Below are positions 1 to 9,984 of a stretch of DNA of 32,000 bases, piece by piece. A model generated the notes under the pieces. That model saw only the letters and a list, made by a program, of their open reading frames with translations, made no database searches and was not told where the DNA came from. The DNA lies in contig NC_010546.1 of assembly GCF_000017845.1 (NCBI RefSeq), positions 1,350,001-1,382,000 on the forward strand, given 5' to 3'. The first letter of the stretch is position 1; the number at the start of each line of letters is the position of its first letter. Origin of the DNA: Crocosphaera subtropica ATCC 51142 (GTDB lineage: Bacteria > Cyanobacteriota > Cyanobacteriia > Cyanobacteriales > Microcystaceae). Position numbers and translations under genes: made by a program.

Positions 1-1407
1 TTTCTTCGATATAGTTTTATCACCAATCGCTAAGTTGAATTTATAGTTTAACAGGCTTTTTAAGCTCAGTCTTTGTCCTTTTTTAGCTTTTACTTCTGCG
101 CTTAAACTGATTCCTAAGCGTTTTTCTTCTACTCCTTTTTCTAAACTGGCTGGTAAGACAACCCCTAATCCGTTATCTTTAAGAAGATTGGCAGTTCCTC
201 GAATAAATTCATACACTTGTATGGGATCTAATTCACAAAAACTAGGATAACTTTCTTGTAAGCTATCTTCGATGAGATAAGATAAACGTGAGGCCAATCC
301 CAATCCTTTTAATAGGGTTTCTTGTGGGTAATCAATGGTTCTCTTATTCCAGACTAATTGAGTAACGGGATTATCCCAAATGGCTTGAGCAGAAATTAAA
401 ATATTAGGATCATCTAATGCTTGCAAACAATAGTTTAAACGCCAGTTACTTTGTTCAGATTTTTTATTATTTATTGGTGGTGTTTCGAGTTGAAAACACA
501 CTCTAAATTGATTAATTCCTAGTTGCTGATTATCAGAACTAATAATATATTCGTCTAAAGAAGATGTCCAATTACTTAGGGCGTTATTTAATCCCTTAAT
601 TTCAAATTCCGATCCTTCAACTTGAGCAAAATCTTGTGTTAGGGATTGTAACCAGTTTTGAATAGAAGAATTAGAAGCAATAGAAACATCAACAAATTGC
701 CGAACTTGTTGATCAATAATAGTAGAAAAAAAATCAAAAATAATATTTTGTTTAATCAAAGAATAAGAGATTTTATCATCCGTTAAATTATAATAAGCAA
801 GACAACTATTAGGCATTGTTTGCATAAATTTTGAGAATTTTTGCTGATCTACTAAACTATCTAATAAAGGATACCAGCGTCCATAGGCTTCATTTTTTTC
901 TTGTTCAATTCCTGGTAAATATTTTCCCCTAGTTAATAAGTCAAGACTCCAACGATAAATATGAGTCCAGAATTGCAAATCTTCTCCTATAGTGTTCTCA
1001 TTCTTATTCGTAAATCCTAATGGCAATTGTCTTAAAAATTGTATTGTATTTTCAATGTTTAAGGCTACTCCTTCAATTTGAAAAGGAATCAACGCTATAT
1101 CTTTTGAATCGAAAAAATCATCTTCTAATTGTGTTGATAATAAAGGAATTTTCTGTTTAGAGTTGGGAAGACATTGACTCGGTAAATAGAATATTTCTGA
1201 CATCCCTTGAATATCTTTTTTTCCTTGAATTGTAATATTATTATTGTCTAGTTGTTCAAAAATTTTATCTTTATCAACAGCAAAAGGATGTAGTAAAATA
1301 GAATATTGTAATTCAAAATTATCAGATAAAGATCGCCAATTTTCTCCCCAAATAAAAAATTTTTTTTCTTGTTTATTATCAATCCAAGTTCCGTGTAAAA
1401 CTGTCAT
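1..1407 (-). CDS. Snf2-family helicase, N-terminal part (SNF2 helicase-associated N-domain). The 3' end of the gene lies beyond the window start.
   Basis: Absent from the ORF track because it runs off the window. The reverse complement from ATG (1407..1405) reads 469 codons without a stop down to position 1: MTVLHGTWIDNKQEKKFFIWGENWRSLSD...EDLQFWTHIYRWSLDLLTRGKYLPGIEQ...LNYKFNLAIGDKTISKK. The M..LHGTW start and the W..RWSLDLL.R.K.LP motif match my recollection of the N-termini of cyanobacterial Snf2/RapA-like helicases. The ATPase motifs would lie outside the window. Confidence 0.6.
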   Translation of the reverse strand, partial: MTVLHGTWIDNKQEKKFFIWGENWRSLSDNFELQYSILLHPFAVDKDKIFEQLDNNNITIQGKKDIQGMSEIFYLPSQCLPNSKQKIPLLSTQLEDDFFDSKDIALIPFQIEGVALNIENTIQFLRQLPLGFTNKNENTIGEDLQFWTHIYRWSLDLLTRGKYLPGIEQEKNEAYGRWYPLLDSLVDQQKFSKFMQTMPNSCLAYYNLTDDKISYSLIKQNIIFDFFSTIIDQQVRQFVDVSIASNSSIQNWLQSLTQDFAQVEGSEFEIKGLNNALSNWTSSLDEYIISSDNQQLGINQFRVCFQLETPPINNKKSEQSNWRLNYCLQALDDPNILISAQAIWDNPVTQLVWNKRTIDYPQETLLKGLGLASRLSYLIEDSLQESYPSFCELDPIQVYEFIRGTANLLKDNGLGVVLPASLEKGVEEKRLGISLSAEVKAKKGQRLSLKSLLNYKFNLAIGDKTISKK

Positions 1408-1740
1408 ATTTTTCCTTTTTTAGTCTAATTATCTAATAACCGTTGCCGATTTCAGGTTACCTATTTGTACCTATCGTATCAAATTAACTGATTAATCATT
1501 ATTAACTATTAATAATTAAGCATTAATTATTAACTGTAGTCGAAATCACAATCATTCTCATAAAAAGCAGTTATCCTAAAAATCCACATGATCCACATAT
1601 AGGGTAATCAATGGAAAATTCTCACAGACATGACACCATATCTGTGGTATAACCAAAAAGTGTCCTTATCAAGTTGGCATAAATTTCGACGAAAATTAAG
1701 TACAAAATTATTAGTTTTCTGATTAGACTTAGTAGTATAA

Positions 1741-4050
1741 ATGATGCAACCCACTGTCATAACTTCCCCTCAGCAAACCCATCACAGCGACACTCATATC
1801 ACTCCTAATTACCATTCACAGCTAGGAGAAAGTAAAATTAGAGTGAGACGACGGGATGGGTCATGGACAGCATTAAATATCGGGAAGATACGGGCTGTTG
1901 TCAATTGGGCTTGTGCCGAAAAAGACGTTAATAGTATCGCTTTAGAAGCAGGTTTAACCACTCGTCTCCGTGACGGCATTACCACTAGAGAGATCCAGGA
2001 TAACCTAATTAACTGCGCCTTGGAAATGTGTAGTCCCACCGAACCTGACTGGCGTTATGTAGCTGGAAGACTACACATCTGGAGTCTTTGGAAAGATACC
2101 CTAGTTAACCGAGGTTATCAGTATGGGAACTATGAAACCACCGTTGAGACTAAAGTAGAAGCTGGTCAATACGATAATCGTCTCTTAACCTATTCTACGA
2201 CAGAATTAAGAGAAGCTGGATCATGGATCAATCCAGACTGGGATACGGACTATGATTATGCCGGGGCTGTCTTACTCACCAGTCGTTACCTTTTACCCCA
2301 AGAACTACCCCAAGAAGCTTTGTTAAGTTGTGCCTTATTATTGGCAACGGTGGAAAGTCCTGAAAATAGATTACCCTGGGCCCGACAATTTTACGAAGCT
2401 ATCGCCAGTCGTAAAGTGTCCCTAGCCACCCCAATATTAGCTAACTTACGGGTTCCGGGGGGGTCCTTGACCAGTTGTTTCATTTTGTCCATTGACGACA
2501 ACCTAGAGAGCATTTTTGAAGAAATTACCAACACTGCGAGAATCTCTAAAAACGGCGGGGGTGTTGGGGTCAATGTCAGTCGTATTCGGGCCACTGGTAG
2601 CTGGGTAATGGGCAAAAATAACGCCTCTGGGGGCATTATTCCCTGGATTAAGTTATTAAATGATACAGCGATCGCCGTTAACCAAGGGGGACGACGGGCC
2701 GGGGCCGTTACCGTTGGGGTGGATATTTGGCATTTAGATGTTCCCGAATTTTTGGAAATACAAACAGAAAACGGGGATCAAAGACGAAAAGCTTATGATG
2801 TTTTTCCCCAGTTAATTTTGACCGATGAATTTATGCGTCGGGTGGAAAATAAGGAACAATGGACTTTAGTTGATCCCTATGAAATACGGGAAAAGTTAGG
2901 CATTGAATTAGCCGAATTATGGGGTGAAAAATTTGAAGCAGCTTATCGTTTAATTGAGGCAGAGTTAGATCGAGAAATCACCTTATATAAGCGTGTCAAT
3001 GCCCGTGAATTGTTTAAAACCATTATGCGATCGCAGGTAGAAACGGGGATGCCTTATTTAGCGTTTAAAGATACCATTAATAAGGCAAATCCTAATAAGC
3101 ACGTTGGCTACATTCCTGGGGTCAATTTATGCACCGAATCATTCTCTAATGTTACCCCTGGAAAAGAGGCGCATTGTTGCAATTTAGTTAGCTTAAATTT
3201 AGCCAATATTGAAGAATACGAACTCAATTATCTGTGTAAAATTGCCGTTCGTATTCTAGATAATACCATCGATATTACTAATCCTCCTTTTGAGGATGCT
3301 AAGGCACATAATGATAGATATAGGACTATTGGAGTGGGTTGTATGGGGTTAGCTGACTGGTTAGCTAAAAAGGAGTTAACCTACGAAAATTTAACCGAAA
3401 TTAGTAATTTATTTGAAGAGGTGGGTTATTGGTGTACCCATACTTCTATGGAGTTGGCAAAAGAAAGAAGTCCTTACGATGCGTTTGAGGGGAGTGACTG
3501 GAATAAAGGGTTATTAATAGGGTCTAAACCGGTCAATTGGTTCGTGGAAAATGCTCATAAAAAAGAGCGTTGGATACAATTATCAGAAGATATTAAAACC
3601 TATGGTATTCGTAACTCCCATATTACTGCGATCGCCCCTAATACGTCCTCATCTTTAGTCCAGGGGTGTACCGCTAGTATTCTCCCGGTTTATAGTCGTT
3701 TCTTCTATGATAAATGGGCAAAAGGAACGGTTCCCATTGCCCCTCCATTTATTAAAGATTCTTTCTGGTTTTATCACGAAAATAAGACGTTAGATCAGCA
3801 AAAAGTAGTCAAAGCAGTTTCTACGATTCAACAATGGATAGATACAGGAATTTCGATGGAATTGTTGTTTAATTTGAATCAAGGGATTTATTTTCCCAAT
3901 GAACCAGAACGGTGTTTAACAGCGAAGGATATTTTTGAGACGTTACTGTTAGCGTGGAAAGAAGGTTGTAAGGCGATTTATTACGTTCGTACAGTACAAA
4001 AAGACGACTTCAAAGAGTCCGATAATAATTGTACTGCTTGTGCTAATTAA
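1741..4050 (+). CDS. nrdA: Ribonucleoside-diphosphate reductase, class I alpha subunit
   Basis: 769 aa. Class I hallmarks are present: ...LTSCFIL (active-site Cys), GVNLCTE (NLCxE radical-Cys loop rather than the class II NPCGE), AIYYVRT (the YY radical-transfer pair) and a C-terminal CTAC redox pair. The N-terminus is ATP-cone-like (IRVRRRDGSWTALNIGKI). Confidence 0.93.
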   Translation: MMQPTVITSPQQTHHSDTHITPNYHSQLGESKIRVRRRDGSWTALNIGKIRAVVNWACAEKDVNSIALEAGLTTRLRDGITTREIQDNLINCALEMCSPTEPDWRYVAGRLHIWSLWKDTLVNRGYQYGNYETTVETKVEAGQYDNRLLTYSTTELREAGSWINPDWDTDYDYAGAVLLTSRYLLPQELPQEALLSCALLLATVESPENRLPWARQFYEAIASRKVSLATPILANLRVPGGSLTSCFILSIDDNLESIFEEITNTARISKNGGGVGVNVSRIRATGSWVMGKNNASGGIIPWIKLLNDTAIAVNQGGRRAGAVTVGVDIWHLDVPEFLEIQTENGDQRRKAYDVFPQLILTDEFMRRVENKEQWTLVDPYEIREKLGIELAELWGEKFEAAYRLIEAELDREITLYKRVNARELFKTIMRSQVETGMPYLAFKDTINKANPNKHVGYIPGVNLCTESFSNVTPGKEAHCCNLVSLNLANIEEYELNYLCKIAVRILDNTIDITNPPFEDAKAHNDRYRTIGVGCMGLADWLAKKELTYENLTEISNLFEEVGYWCTHTSMELAKERSPYDAFEGSDWNKGLLIGSKPVNWFVENAHKKERWIQLSEDIKTYGIRNSHITAIAPNTSSSLVQGCTASILPVYSRFFYDKWAKGTVPIAPPFIKDSFWFYHENKTLDQQKVVKAVSTIQQWIDTGISMELLFNLNQGIYFPNEPERCLTAKDIFETLLLAWKEGCKAIYYVRTVQKDDFKESDNNCTACAN

Positions 4051-4058
4051 TCCGTTGG

Positions 4059-4073
4059 GTGGGCATTGCCCAC
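4059..4073. terminator. Weak palindromic hairpin between the convergent nrdA and dnaJ genes
   Basis: GTGGGCATTGCCCAC is a 15-nt palindrome, followed by the T-rich TTATTAATTTT. The stem is short, so this is a weak call. Confidence 0.3.
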
Positions 4074-4125
4074 TTATTAATTTTCTGATTAATACTATAG
4101 GTAACTGACTTTAGGGCAACTCAGC

Positions 4126-5010
4126 TTATAACCAATGCTGACGAGGATTAAATTGTTCTTTTTCTCTGATTTGTTGATATAAAGCCATTTCCTCCTCACT
4201 AATTTCTGAAGGGATAGCAATTTGTATTTCGACTAATTGATCTCCTCGTTTCCCCGAAGCATCGGGATAACCCTTATTGGCTAGTCGTAAACGCTGGCCG
4301 GGACGAACCCCTTTCGGTACGGTCATTTTAACTAAACCGTCGATGGTAGGAACTTCTACCGAACCCCCTAAAATCGCTTCACTGGGGGTTACAGGCACTC
4401 GACAGGCAATATCGCTTCCCCGTAATTCAAAAAAAGCGTGGGGAGTAATGGTAATTTTGAGATAGAGATCCCCCCCTTGCAACCCTTGGCCTTTGAGACG
4501 AATTTTCTGACCATCGATCATCCCTGAGGGCATATCCACTTCCAGCGATCGCCCATCTTCTAAGCGAATTCTTTCCCGTCCCCCTCGATAAGCTTTTTCT
4601 AGAGGAATATTTAACTTCGCTTCGACATCCCTTGCACTGCGAGAGGGGTTAACGACTTTTGCCCGTTTGGTACTACCAGGGTTATAGTCTTGAAACCGCC
4701 AAAACTCGCTCTCTCTACTGTAACTACTGCTGTTGGTGTTACCGTTACGGGAAGGTCGAGGTTGCGGACGAGGGGGACGGCGTTTGGTTTTGCCAAAACG
4801 AACACGATCATAGTCCGCCCGTTTGGTTTCATCGGAGAGAATATCGTACGCTTCGTTAATACTCTTAAATTTTTCTTCTGCTGTCTTATCCCCAGGGTTT
4901 ACATCAGGATGGTACTGCCGAGCAAGTTTGCGAAAAGATTTTTTGATCTCCTCAGCGGTGGCATCTTTAGAAACCCCTAAAATGGCATAGTAGTTACGAA
5001 GTTGCTGCAT
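4126..5010 (-). CDS. dnaJ: J-domain co-chaperone without a zinc-finger region (DnaJ3/CbpA-like)
   Basis: The N-terminal J domain reads [35 protein letters not shown] (HPD motif). The C-terminus has a DnaJ_C beta-sandwich ([16 protein letters not shown]). There is no CxxCxGxG repeat. It lies 63 nt downstream of dnaK on the same strand. Confidence 0.85.
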   Translation of the reverse strand: MQQLRNYYAILGVSKDATAEEIKKSFRKLARQYHPDVNPGDKTAEEKFKSINEAYDILSDETKRADYDRVRFGKTKRRPPRPQPRPSRNGNTNSSSYSRESEFWRFQDYNPGSTKRAKVVNPSRSARDVEAKLNIPLEKAYRGGRERIRLEDGRSLEVDMPSGMIDGQKIRLKGQGLQGGDLYLKITITPHAFFELRGSDIACRVPVTPSEAILGGSVEVPTIDGLVKMTVPKGVRPGQRLRLANKGYPDASGKRGDQLVEIQIAIPSEISEEEMALYQQIREKEQFNPRQHWL

Positions 5011-5073
5011 ATATCAGTATAAAACGGGAATAGGAATCAGGTCAGAATTTTTATTTTAATGGTCTTGTCGACC

Positions 5074-7284
5074 TTAGAACCAATCATCATCCTCTTCATC
5101 CCATTGATTTTCTCTTGGAATACGACGAGAGCGATCGCGGGTATAGTAGGTATCGGAGTCTCTGGGAGGATATCGACGCGGTTCTGAGGAGGGACGAGGG
5201 GATCGGGGACTAGGGCGTTCGCTTTCCCAGTCATCGTATTCGTCATCGTAGCGATCGTAGCGTTCATAGCGAGGAGGGGGCGAACCATACACCTGACGCT
5301 CATCATAACGAGGAGGAGGGGAACCATAGTCTCGGCGTTCTGGGTAACGAGGTGTCCCATAATCATCCCCATAAGTTCCTCGACGGGTTGCATAGGGATA
5401 GTCGTCTTCATCATCCCCTGTTAAGGTCTTACGAATCGATTCAAAAATACCCTCGTCTTCTTCATCGTCGTATTGTAAGCGGACTTCTCGGTTCAGTTCA
5501 TATAAAACATCTTGTAAGTCGGCTTGCGCTCGATCTAAGCGTCTTTCGTCATCTTTATCCAAACTATCAAGAATCTCTGCATTTAAGGATTCGATTTGAC
5601 GACGATACCCACTGGTAAATTGAGTCCCGAAGTCTAAGGTAACATCTTTTAATCGCCGTAATGCCTGATCTGTTAAGGCTTTGGCCTTGTTCCGTTTTTC
5701 GATCCGTTCTCTTCGTTGTCGATCTTCTTCTGCAAACTCGGCTGCTTCATTAATCATGCGGTTAATTTCCCCTTCGCTGAGGGTTGAAGCCCCTTGTATA
5801 ACCACACTTTGCTCTCTGCCAGTGGTGCGATCGCGGGCTGTCACTTGCAAAATACCATTCGCATCAATATCAAAGGCAACTTGAACTTGAGGAATGCCCC
5901 TCGGTGCCGGCGGTATCCCTGTCAGTTTAAACCGTCCCAAGGATTTATTATCCTTAGCCATTTCCCGTTCTCCTTGGGTCACATGAATTTCTACCATGGT
6001 TTGATTATTTTCCCCGGTAGAAAAGATGTCAGAACGACGCACAGGAATAGTCGTGTTGCGAGGGATTAATTTTTTAGTAACACCGCCGATGGTTTCTAAC
6101 CCCAAAGATAAGGGAGTCACGTCCAATAATAAGATTTCTTTGACTTCCCCTGCTAAAATACCAGATTGAATGGCCGCCCCCACTGCTACCACTTCATCGG
6201 GGTTAACGTTTTCGTTGGGTTCTTTGTCGATAAAACTCCGCACTAAGGCTTTAATCATGGGCATTCGGGTTCCCCCACCCACTAACACCACTTCATCGAT
6301 TTGTACGGGGCTTAATCTAGCATCATTTAAAGCCCGTTTGATAGGGCGAGTGAGACGACTCACTAAGTCGGCACAGAGGTCTTCAAATTGAGGCCGTGTG
6401 AGACGAGTTTCTAGGTGCTTAGGACCGTCTTCGGTGGCAGTAATGAAGGGGAGATTAATATCAGTCACACTAACCCCTGATAGCTCAATTTTCGCCTTTT
6501 CTGCTGCTTCTGTTAGTCGTTGTAATGCTTGTCTATCTTGACGTAGGTCTACTTTTTCTTGTTCTAAAAATTGTTCAGCTAACCAATCTACAATACGTTT
6601 ATCAAAGTCGCCTCCGCCGAGTTGGGTATCCCCACTGGTAGATTTAACTTCAAACACCCCGTCACCCACTTCTAACACAGAAACATCAAAGGTTCCTCCT
6701 CCTAAGTCAAAGACGAGGATTTTTTGCGAAATTTGTTGATCTAACCCATAGGCTAATGAGGCTGCGGTGGGTTCGTTGATAATGCGTAAAACTTCTAATC
6801 CGGCGATTCTTCCTGCGTCTCTAGTGGCTTGGCGTTGGGAGTCGTTAAAATAGGCAGGAACGGTAATTACTGCGCCGGTGACGGGTTCCCCTAAGTAGCG
6901 TTCTGCTTCTTCTGCTAGTTTACGGAGAATTTTGGCTGAGATTTCTTCGGGGGCAAAGTCTCTCTTGAGACGAGGACATTTAATTTTAATATTGCCGTAT
7001 TCATCCCGACGAATGGTGTAGGGAACTTGTTTTGATTCGGGGGTTAATTCTGCATACTTTCGTCCCATAAAGCGTTTCACCCCATAATAGGTATTCTGGG
7101 GGTTTAAAACCGCTTGTCGTCTGGCCATTTGTCCAACGACTAATTCTCCATCTTTGTTAAATCCAACCACAGAAGGGGTAGTACGCATTCCTTCTGAGTT
7201 GGCGATCACGACTGGCTTTCCGCCTTCCATTACTGCAACGACAGAATTAGTTGTCCCCAGATCAATGCCGACTACTTTGCCCAT
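5074..7284 (-). CDS. dnaK: Hsp70 chaperone DnaK with a long C-terminal extension (DnaK3-type paralog)
   Basis: Contains [27 protein letters not shown] and [10 protein letters not shown]. At 736 aa it is about 100 aa longer than canonical DnaK. Pairing with a zinc-finger-less J protein matches the dnaK3-dnaJ3 arrangement known in Synechocystis. Confidence 0.93.
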   Translation of the reverse strand: MGKVVGIDLGTTNSVVAVMEGGKPVVIANSEGMRTTPSVVGFNKDGELVVGQMARRQAVLNPQNTYYGVKRFMGRKYAELTPESKQVPYTIRRDEYGNIKIKCPRLKRDFAPEEISAKILRKLAEEAERYLGEPVTGAVITVPAYFNDSQRQATRDAGRIAGLEVLRIINEPTAASLAYGLDQQISQKILVFDLGGGTFDVSVLEVGDGVFEVKSTSGDTQLGGGDFDKRIVDWLAEQFLEQEKVDLRQDRQALQRLTEAAEKAKIELSGVSVTDINLPFITATEDGPKHLETRLTRPQFEDLCADLVSRLTRPIKRALNDARLSPVQIDEVVLVGGGTRMPMIKALVRSFIDKEPNENVNPDEVVAVGAAIQSGILAGEVKEILLLDVTPLSLGLETIGGVTKKLIPRNTTIPVRRSDIFSTGENNQTMVEIHVTQGEREMAKDNKSLGRFKLTGIPPAPRGIPQVQVAFDIDANGILQVTARDRTTGREQSVVIQGASTLSEGEINRMINEAAEFAEEDRQRRERIEKRNKAKALTDQALRRLKDVTLDFGTQFTSGYRRQIESLNAEILDSLDKDDERRLDRAQADLQDVLYELNREVRLQYDDEEDEGIFESIRKTLTGDDEDDYPYATRRGTYGDDYGTPRYPERRDYGSPPPRYDERQVYGSPPPRYERYDRYDDEYDDWESERPSPRSPRPSSEPRRYPPRDSDTYYTRDRSRRIPRENQWDEEDDDWF

Positions 7285-7610
7285 GTTTATTCTTTTCTCC
7301 AGCTACTCCATTTAATCGCGGGTGGTGTTCGTTCGAGAGTTTAGCTTGATTAAGTCTCGTTGACAATATTGTATCGAATTGTGTGGGGTTATTAGATCGG
7401 CTTGTTCGAGATAGTAACTCATTAAAAACCTTTCTCGTATCCAATATTCAATCAAAAAGATGCCTTGACAAATACTAAAAACTATGCGTAAAAAAAAATA
7501 GCAATCAAATTAGTCAAATCGTGAAATCTATCTTAAGATTAACGAATAAGAGAATTAATTTTCTTGACAACTTGCTCACAAAATAAAAGAAATAGACTAG
7601 GAGGACATCT

Positions 7611-8690
7611 ATGGCGCTCGTACCTATGCGGCTGCTCTTAGACCACGCAGCAGAAAATGGTTATGCTATTCCTGCATTTAACGTAAATAATATGGAACAG
7701 ATCATAGCCATTATGCAGGCAGCAGATGAAACAGATAGTCCTGTAATTTTGCAAGCTTCTCGTGGTGCGCGTAAATATGCTGGAGAAAACTTTCTCCGTC
7801 ATTTAATTTTAGGTGCAGTAGAAAGTTATCCTCATATTCCCATTGCCATGCACCAAGATCATGGTAACAGTCCTGCAACCTGCTACAGTGCTATCCGCAA
7901 CGGTTTCACCAGTGTTATGATGGATGGTTCTTTAGAAGAAGATGCGAAGACTCCTGCAAGCTTCGAGTATAACGTTAATGTAACTGCTGAAGTGGTTAAA
8001 GTTGCTCACTCTGTGGGTGCTAGTGTAGAAGGTGAATTAGGTTGTTTAGGGTCTCTCGAAACCGGAAAAGGAGACAAAGAGGACGGCCACGGGTTTGAAG
8101 GAACCCTCAGTAAAGAGCAACTGCTCACCGATCCCGATGAAGCGGTAGAATTCGTAGAACGCACTCAAGTTGATGCTTTAGCCGTTGCTATTGGAACCAG
8201 CCACGGTGCTTATAAATTTACCCGTAAACCCACAGGGGAAATCTTAGCCATTAGTCGTATTGAAGAAATTCATAACCGTCTTCCCAACACTCACATCGTG
8301 ATGCACGGTTCTTCTTCTGTACCTCAAGAATGGTTAGATATGATCAACCAGTACGGTGGTGAAATTCCCGAAACCTATGGGGTACCTGTTGAAGAAATTC
8401 AAAAAGGTATTAAGAGTGGAGTTCGTAAGGTTAATATTGATACTGATAACCGTTTAGCTATTACTGCAGCCATTCGTGAAGCAGCAGCAAAAGATCCTTC
8501 TAACTTTGACCCCCGTCACTTCATGAAGCCTTCTATTAAGTACATGAAGCAAGTTTGTTCTGATCGTTATCAGCAATTCTGGACTGCTGGAAATGCTAGT
8601 AAGATCAAGCAAATGACCCTCGAAGAGTATGCTGCTAAGTATGCTAAGGGTGAATTAAACGCAAACACCAAAAAAACTGCTGCTGTTTAA
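7611..8690 (+). CDS. fba: Fructose-1,6-bisphosphate aldolase, class II (Calvin-cycle type)
   Basis: 359 aa with [21 protein letters not shown] and [11 protein letters not shown] strong AGGAGG lies at 7599..7604, 6 nt before the ATG. Confidence 0.95.
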   Translation: MALVPMRLLLDHAAENGYAIPAFNVNNMEQIIAIMQAADETDSPVILQASRGARKYAGENFLRHLILGAVESYPHIPIAMHQDHGNSPATCYSAIRNGFTSVMMDGSLEEDAKTPASFEYNVNVTAEVVKVAHSVGASVEGELGCLGSLETGKGDKEDGHGFEGTLSKEQLLTDPDEAVEFVERTQVDALAVAIGTSHGAYKFTRKPTGEILAISRIEEIHNRLPNTHIVMHGSSSVPQEWLDMINQYGGEIPETYGVPVEEIQKGIKSGVRKVNIDTDNRLAITAAIREAAAKDPSNFDPRHFMKPSIKYMKQVCSDRYQQFWTAGNASKIKQMTLEEYAAKYAKGELNANTKKTAAV

Positions 8691-8721
8691 TTGATTAGCC
8701 TCTGATCGTCCTTGAGAATTG

Positions 8722-8756
8722 AAAAACTGGGTGATATCTAGTCACCCAGTTTTTTA
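8722..8756. terminator. Bidirectional rho-independent terminator between fba and the GT4 gene
   Basis: AAAAACTGGGTGA-tatctag-TCACCCAGTTTTTT forms a perfect 9-bp stem (8726..8734 with 8742..8750), flanked by an A-run and a T-run. Confidence 0.85.
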
Positions 8757-8773
8757 ATAGTCATAATATTCAA

Positions 8774-9865
8774 TTATTCACGAATTTCTCGACGTTTGCG
8801 CCATGCTTGCCATCCCACATACCCTAATAATACCGTTGCGCCAATGGCAAATCCCCAACCACTGGGAATATTCGACAGTCCCAGAGCAATACTACCCACC
8901 CATAACGTTAAGGCATAAATGAATAGAACCGTGAGACGGTGAGAGATACCCGCTTGAATCAAACGATGATGTAGATGACGGTTATCTCCAATAAACGGCG
9001 ATTTTCCCTGAGTGATACGGGAAATAATCACAACAGACATATCTAAAATGGGTACCGCTAACACCACAAAGGGCAATAATACGGCCGTCACTGCTACCGT
9101 TGCCATCGTTGCGACTTTTACTAAACCAATTACGCCAACACCGGCTAGGGTGAACCCCATAAAATAAGCTCCACCATCCCCCATAAAAATCGTTGCAGGA
9201 TTAAAATTGTAACGGAGAAACCCTAACGCAGCACCAGCTAAAGCAGCAGCAATCAAAGCAGCGGCCGGTTGTTCCATAAATAGGGCTAACACCATCATTA
9301 CCACCGCAGAAATACCACAACCGCCGGCGGCCAACCCATCTAAGCCATCAATCCAATTAATAGCATTAGCCATGCCTACGAGCCAAATAACGGTAATAGG
9401 AAGACTTAATACACCAATCTGGACTAAACTACCAAAAGGAACCGATAAGAATTCAATACGCACCCCCACCCCCCAAGCGGTACTAGCTACCACTGTTTGC
9501 AGAATTAGGCGAGTCATGGGGCTTAAGTTATAGAGATCATCAGCCAACCCAATGAGGAAAAAGGCCACACCTCCGATAGTGACTCCCCAAATTTCCCATT
9601 CTTTGTGAGGGGGTAACCAACCAAAGCCCCCAAAAATCCAAACCAATAAAAGAGCAATGACGGTTCCTGCAAAAATAGAAACTCCTCCTAGACGCACCAT
9701 TGGACGGTGATGAATTTTGCGCTCATTTTCTTCCTTACTACTTTTTGGGTTATCTACCAGACCTTTTCTTTGCCCAAACTCATTAATGATGGGGGTACTC
9801 CACCAAACCACCACCAGCGCGATGATAAAAGCAACGAGATGATATAGTTCTGTTGGCATTGACAT
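8774..9865 (-). CDS. Glycosyltransferase family 4, WecA/TagO-like polyprenyl-phosphate HexNAc-1-phosphate transferase
   Basis: 363 aa polytopic membrane protein with LADDLYNL, NAINWIDGLDGLAAG, FMGDGGAYFMGF and RHLHHRL. It lacks the MraY-specific TDGLDGLA and HHHFE forms. Confidence 0.8.
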   Translation of the reverse strand: MSMPTELYHLVAFIIALVVVWWSTPIINEFGQRKGLVDNPKSSKEENERKIHHRPMVRLGGVSIFAGTVIALLLVWIFGGFGWLPPHKEWEIWGVTIGGVAFFLIGLADDLYNLSPMTRLILQTVVASTAWGVGVRIEFLSVPFGSLVQIGVLSLPITVIWLVGMANAINWIDGLDGLAAGGCGISAVVMMVLALFMEQPAAALIAAALAGAALGFLRYNFNPATIFMGDGGAYFMGFTLAGVGVIGLVKVATMATVAVTAVLLPFVVLAVPILDMSVVIISRITQGKSPFIGDNRHLHHRLIQAGISHRLTVLFIYALTLWVGSIALGLSNIPSGWGFAIGATVLLGYVGWQAWRKRREIRE

Positions 9866-9984
9866 GGGTTTGGTTTGTCCCTTTCCATTGTATGTAACAA
9901 TTTTTACCTTAAGTTACTCTATTTTGGCTAACCCTGTAAACTGAAAATAATGTCTGAGGTTGATCGCCAATATTTCAGTGAATT

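Noticed and set aside
1408-1740. A possible cobalamin riboswitch in the long nrdA leader.
   Set aside because: No B12-box-like GCCACTG core or GC-rich multi-stem structure is present. The leader is too AT-rich to fold into that architecture.
1741-4050. An intein or intron in the RNR gene, as known for some cyanobacterial and phage nrd genes.
   Set aside because: At 769 aa the protein has the normal length for class I NrdA. All catalytic motifs are contiguous, and no Cys/Ser...HN splice-junction block interrupts them.
5037-5414. A 125-aa minus-strand ORF overlapping the dnaK 3' end in another frame.
   Set aside because: It is an alternative frame of the repetitive dnaK tail. It would span the dnaK stop and the intergenic region, and it has no recognisable features.
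7285-7610. A CIRCE/HrcA operator upstream of dnaK, and sigma-70 promoters (TTGACA at 7465 and 7565) for fba.
   Set aside because: No TTAGCACTC-N9-GAGTGCTAA-like inverted repeat is present. The two TTGACA hexamers lack a convincing -10 hexamer at 16-18 nt spacing, so I do not call promoters.
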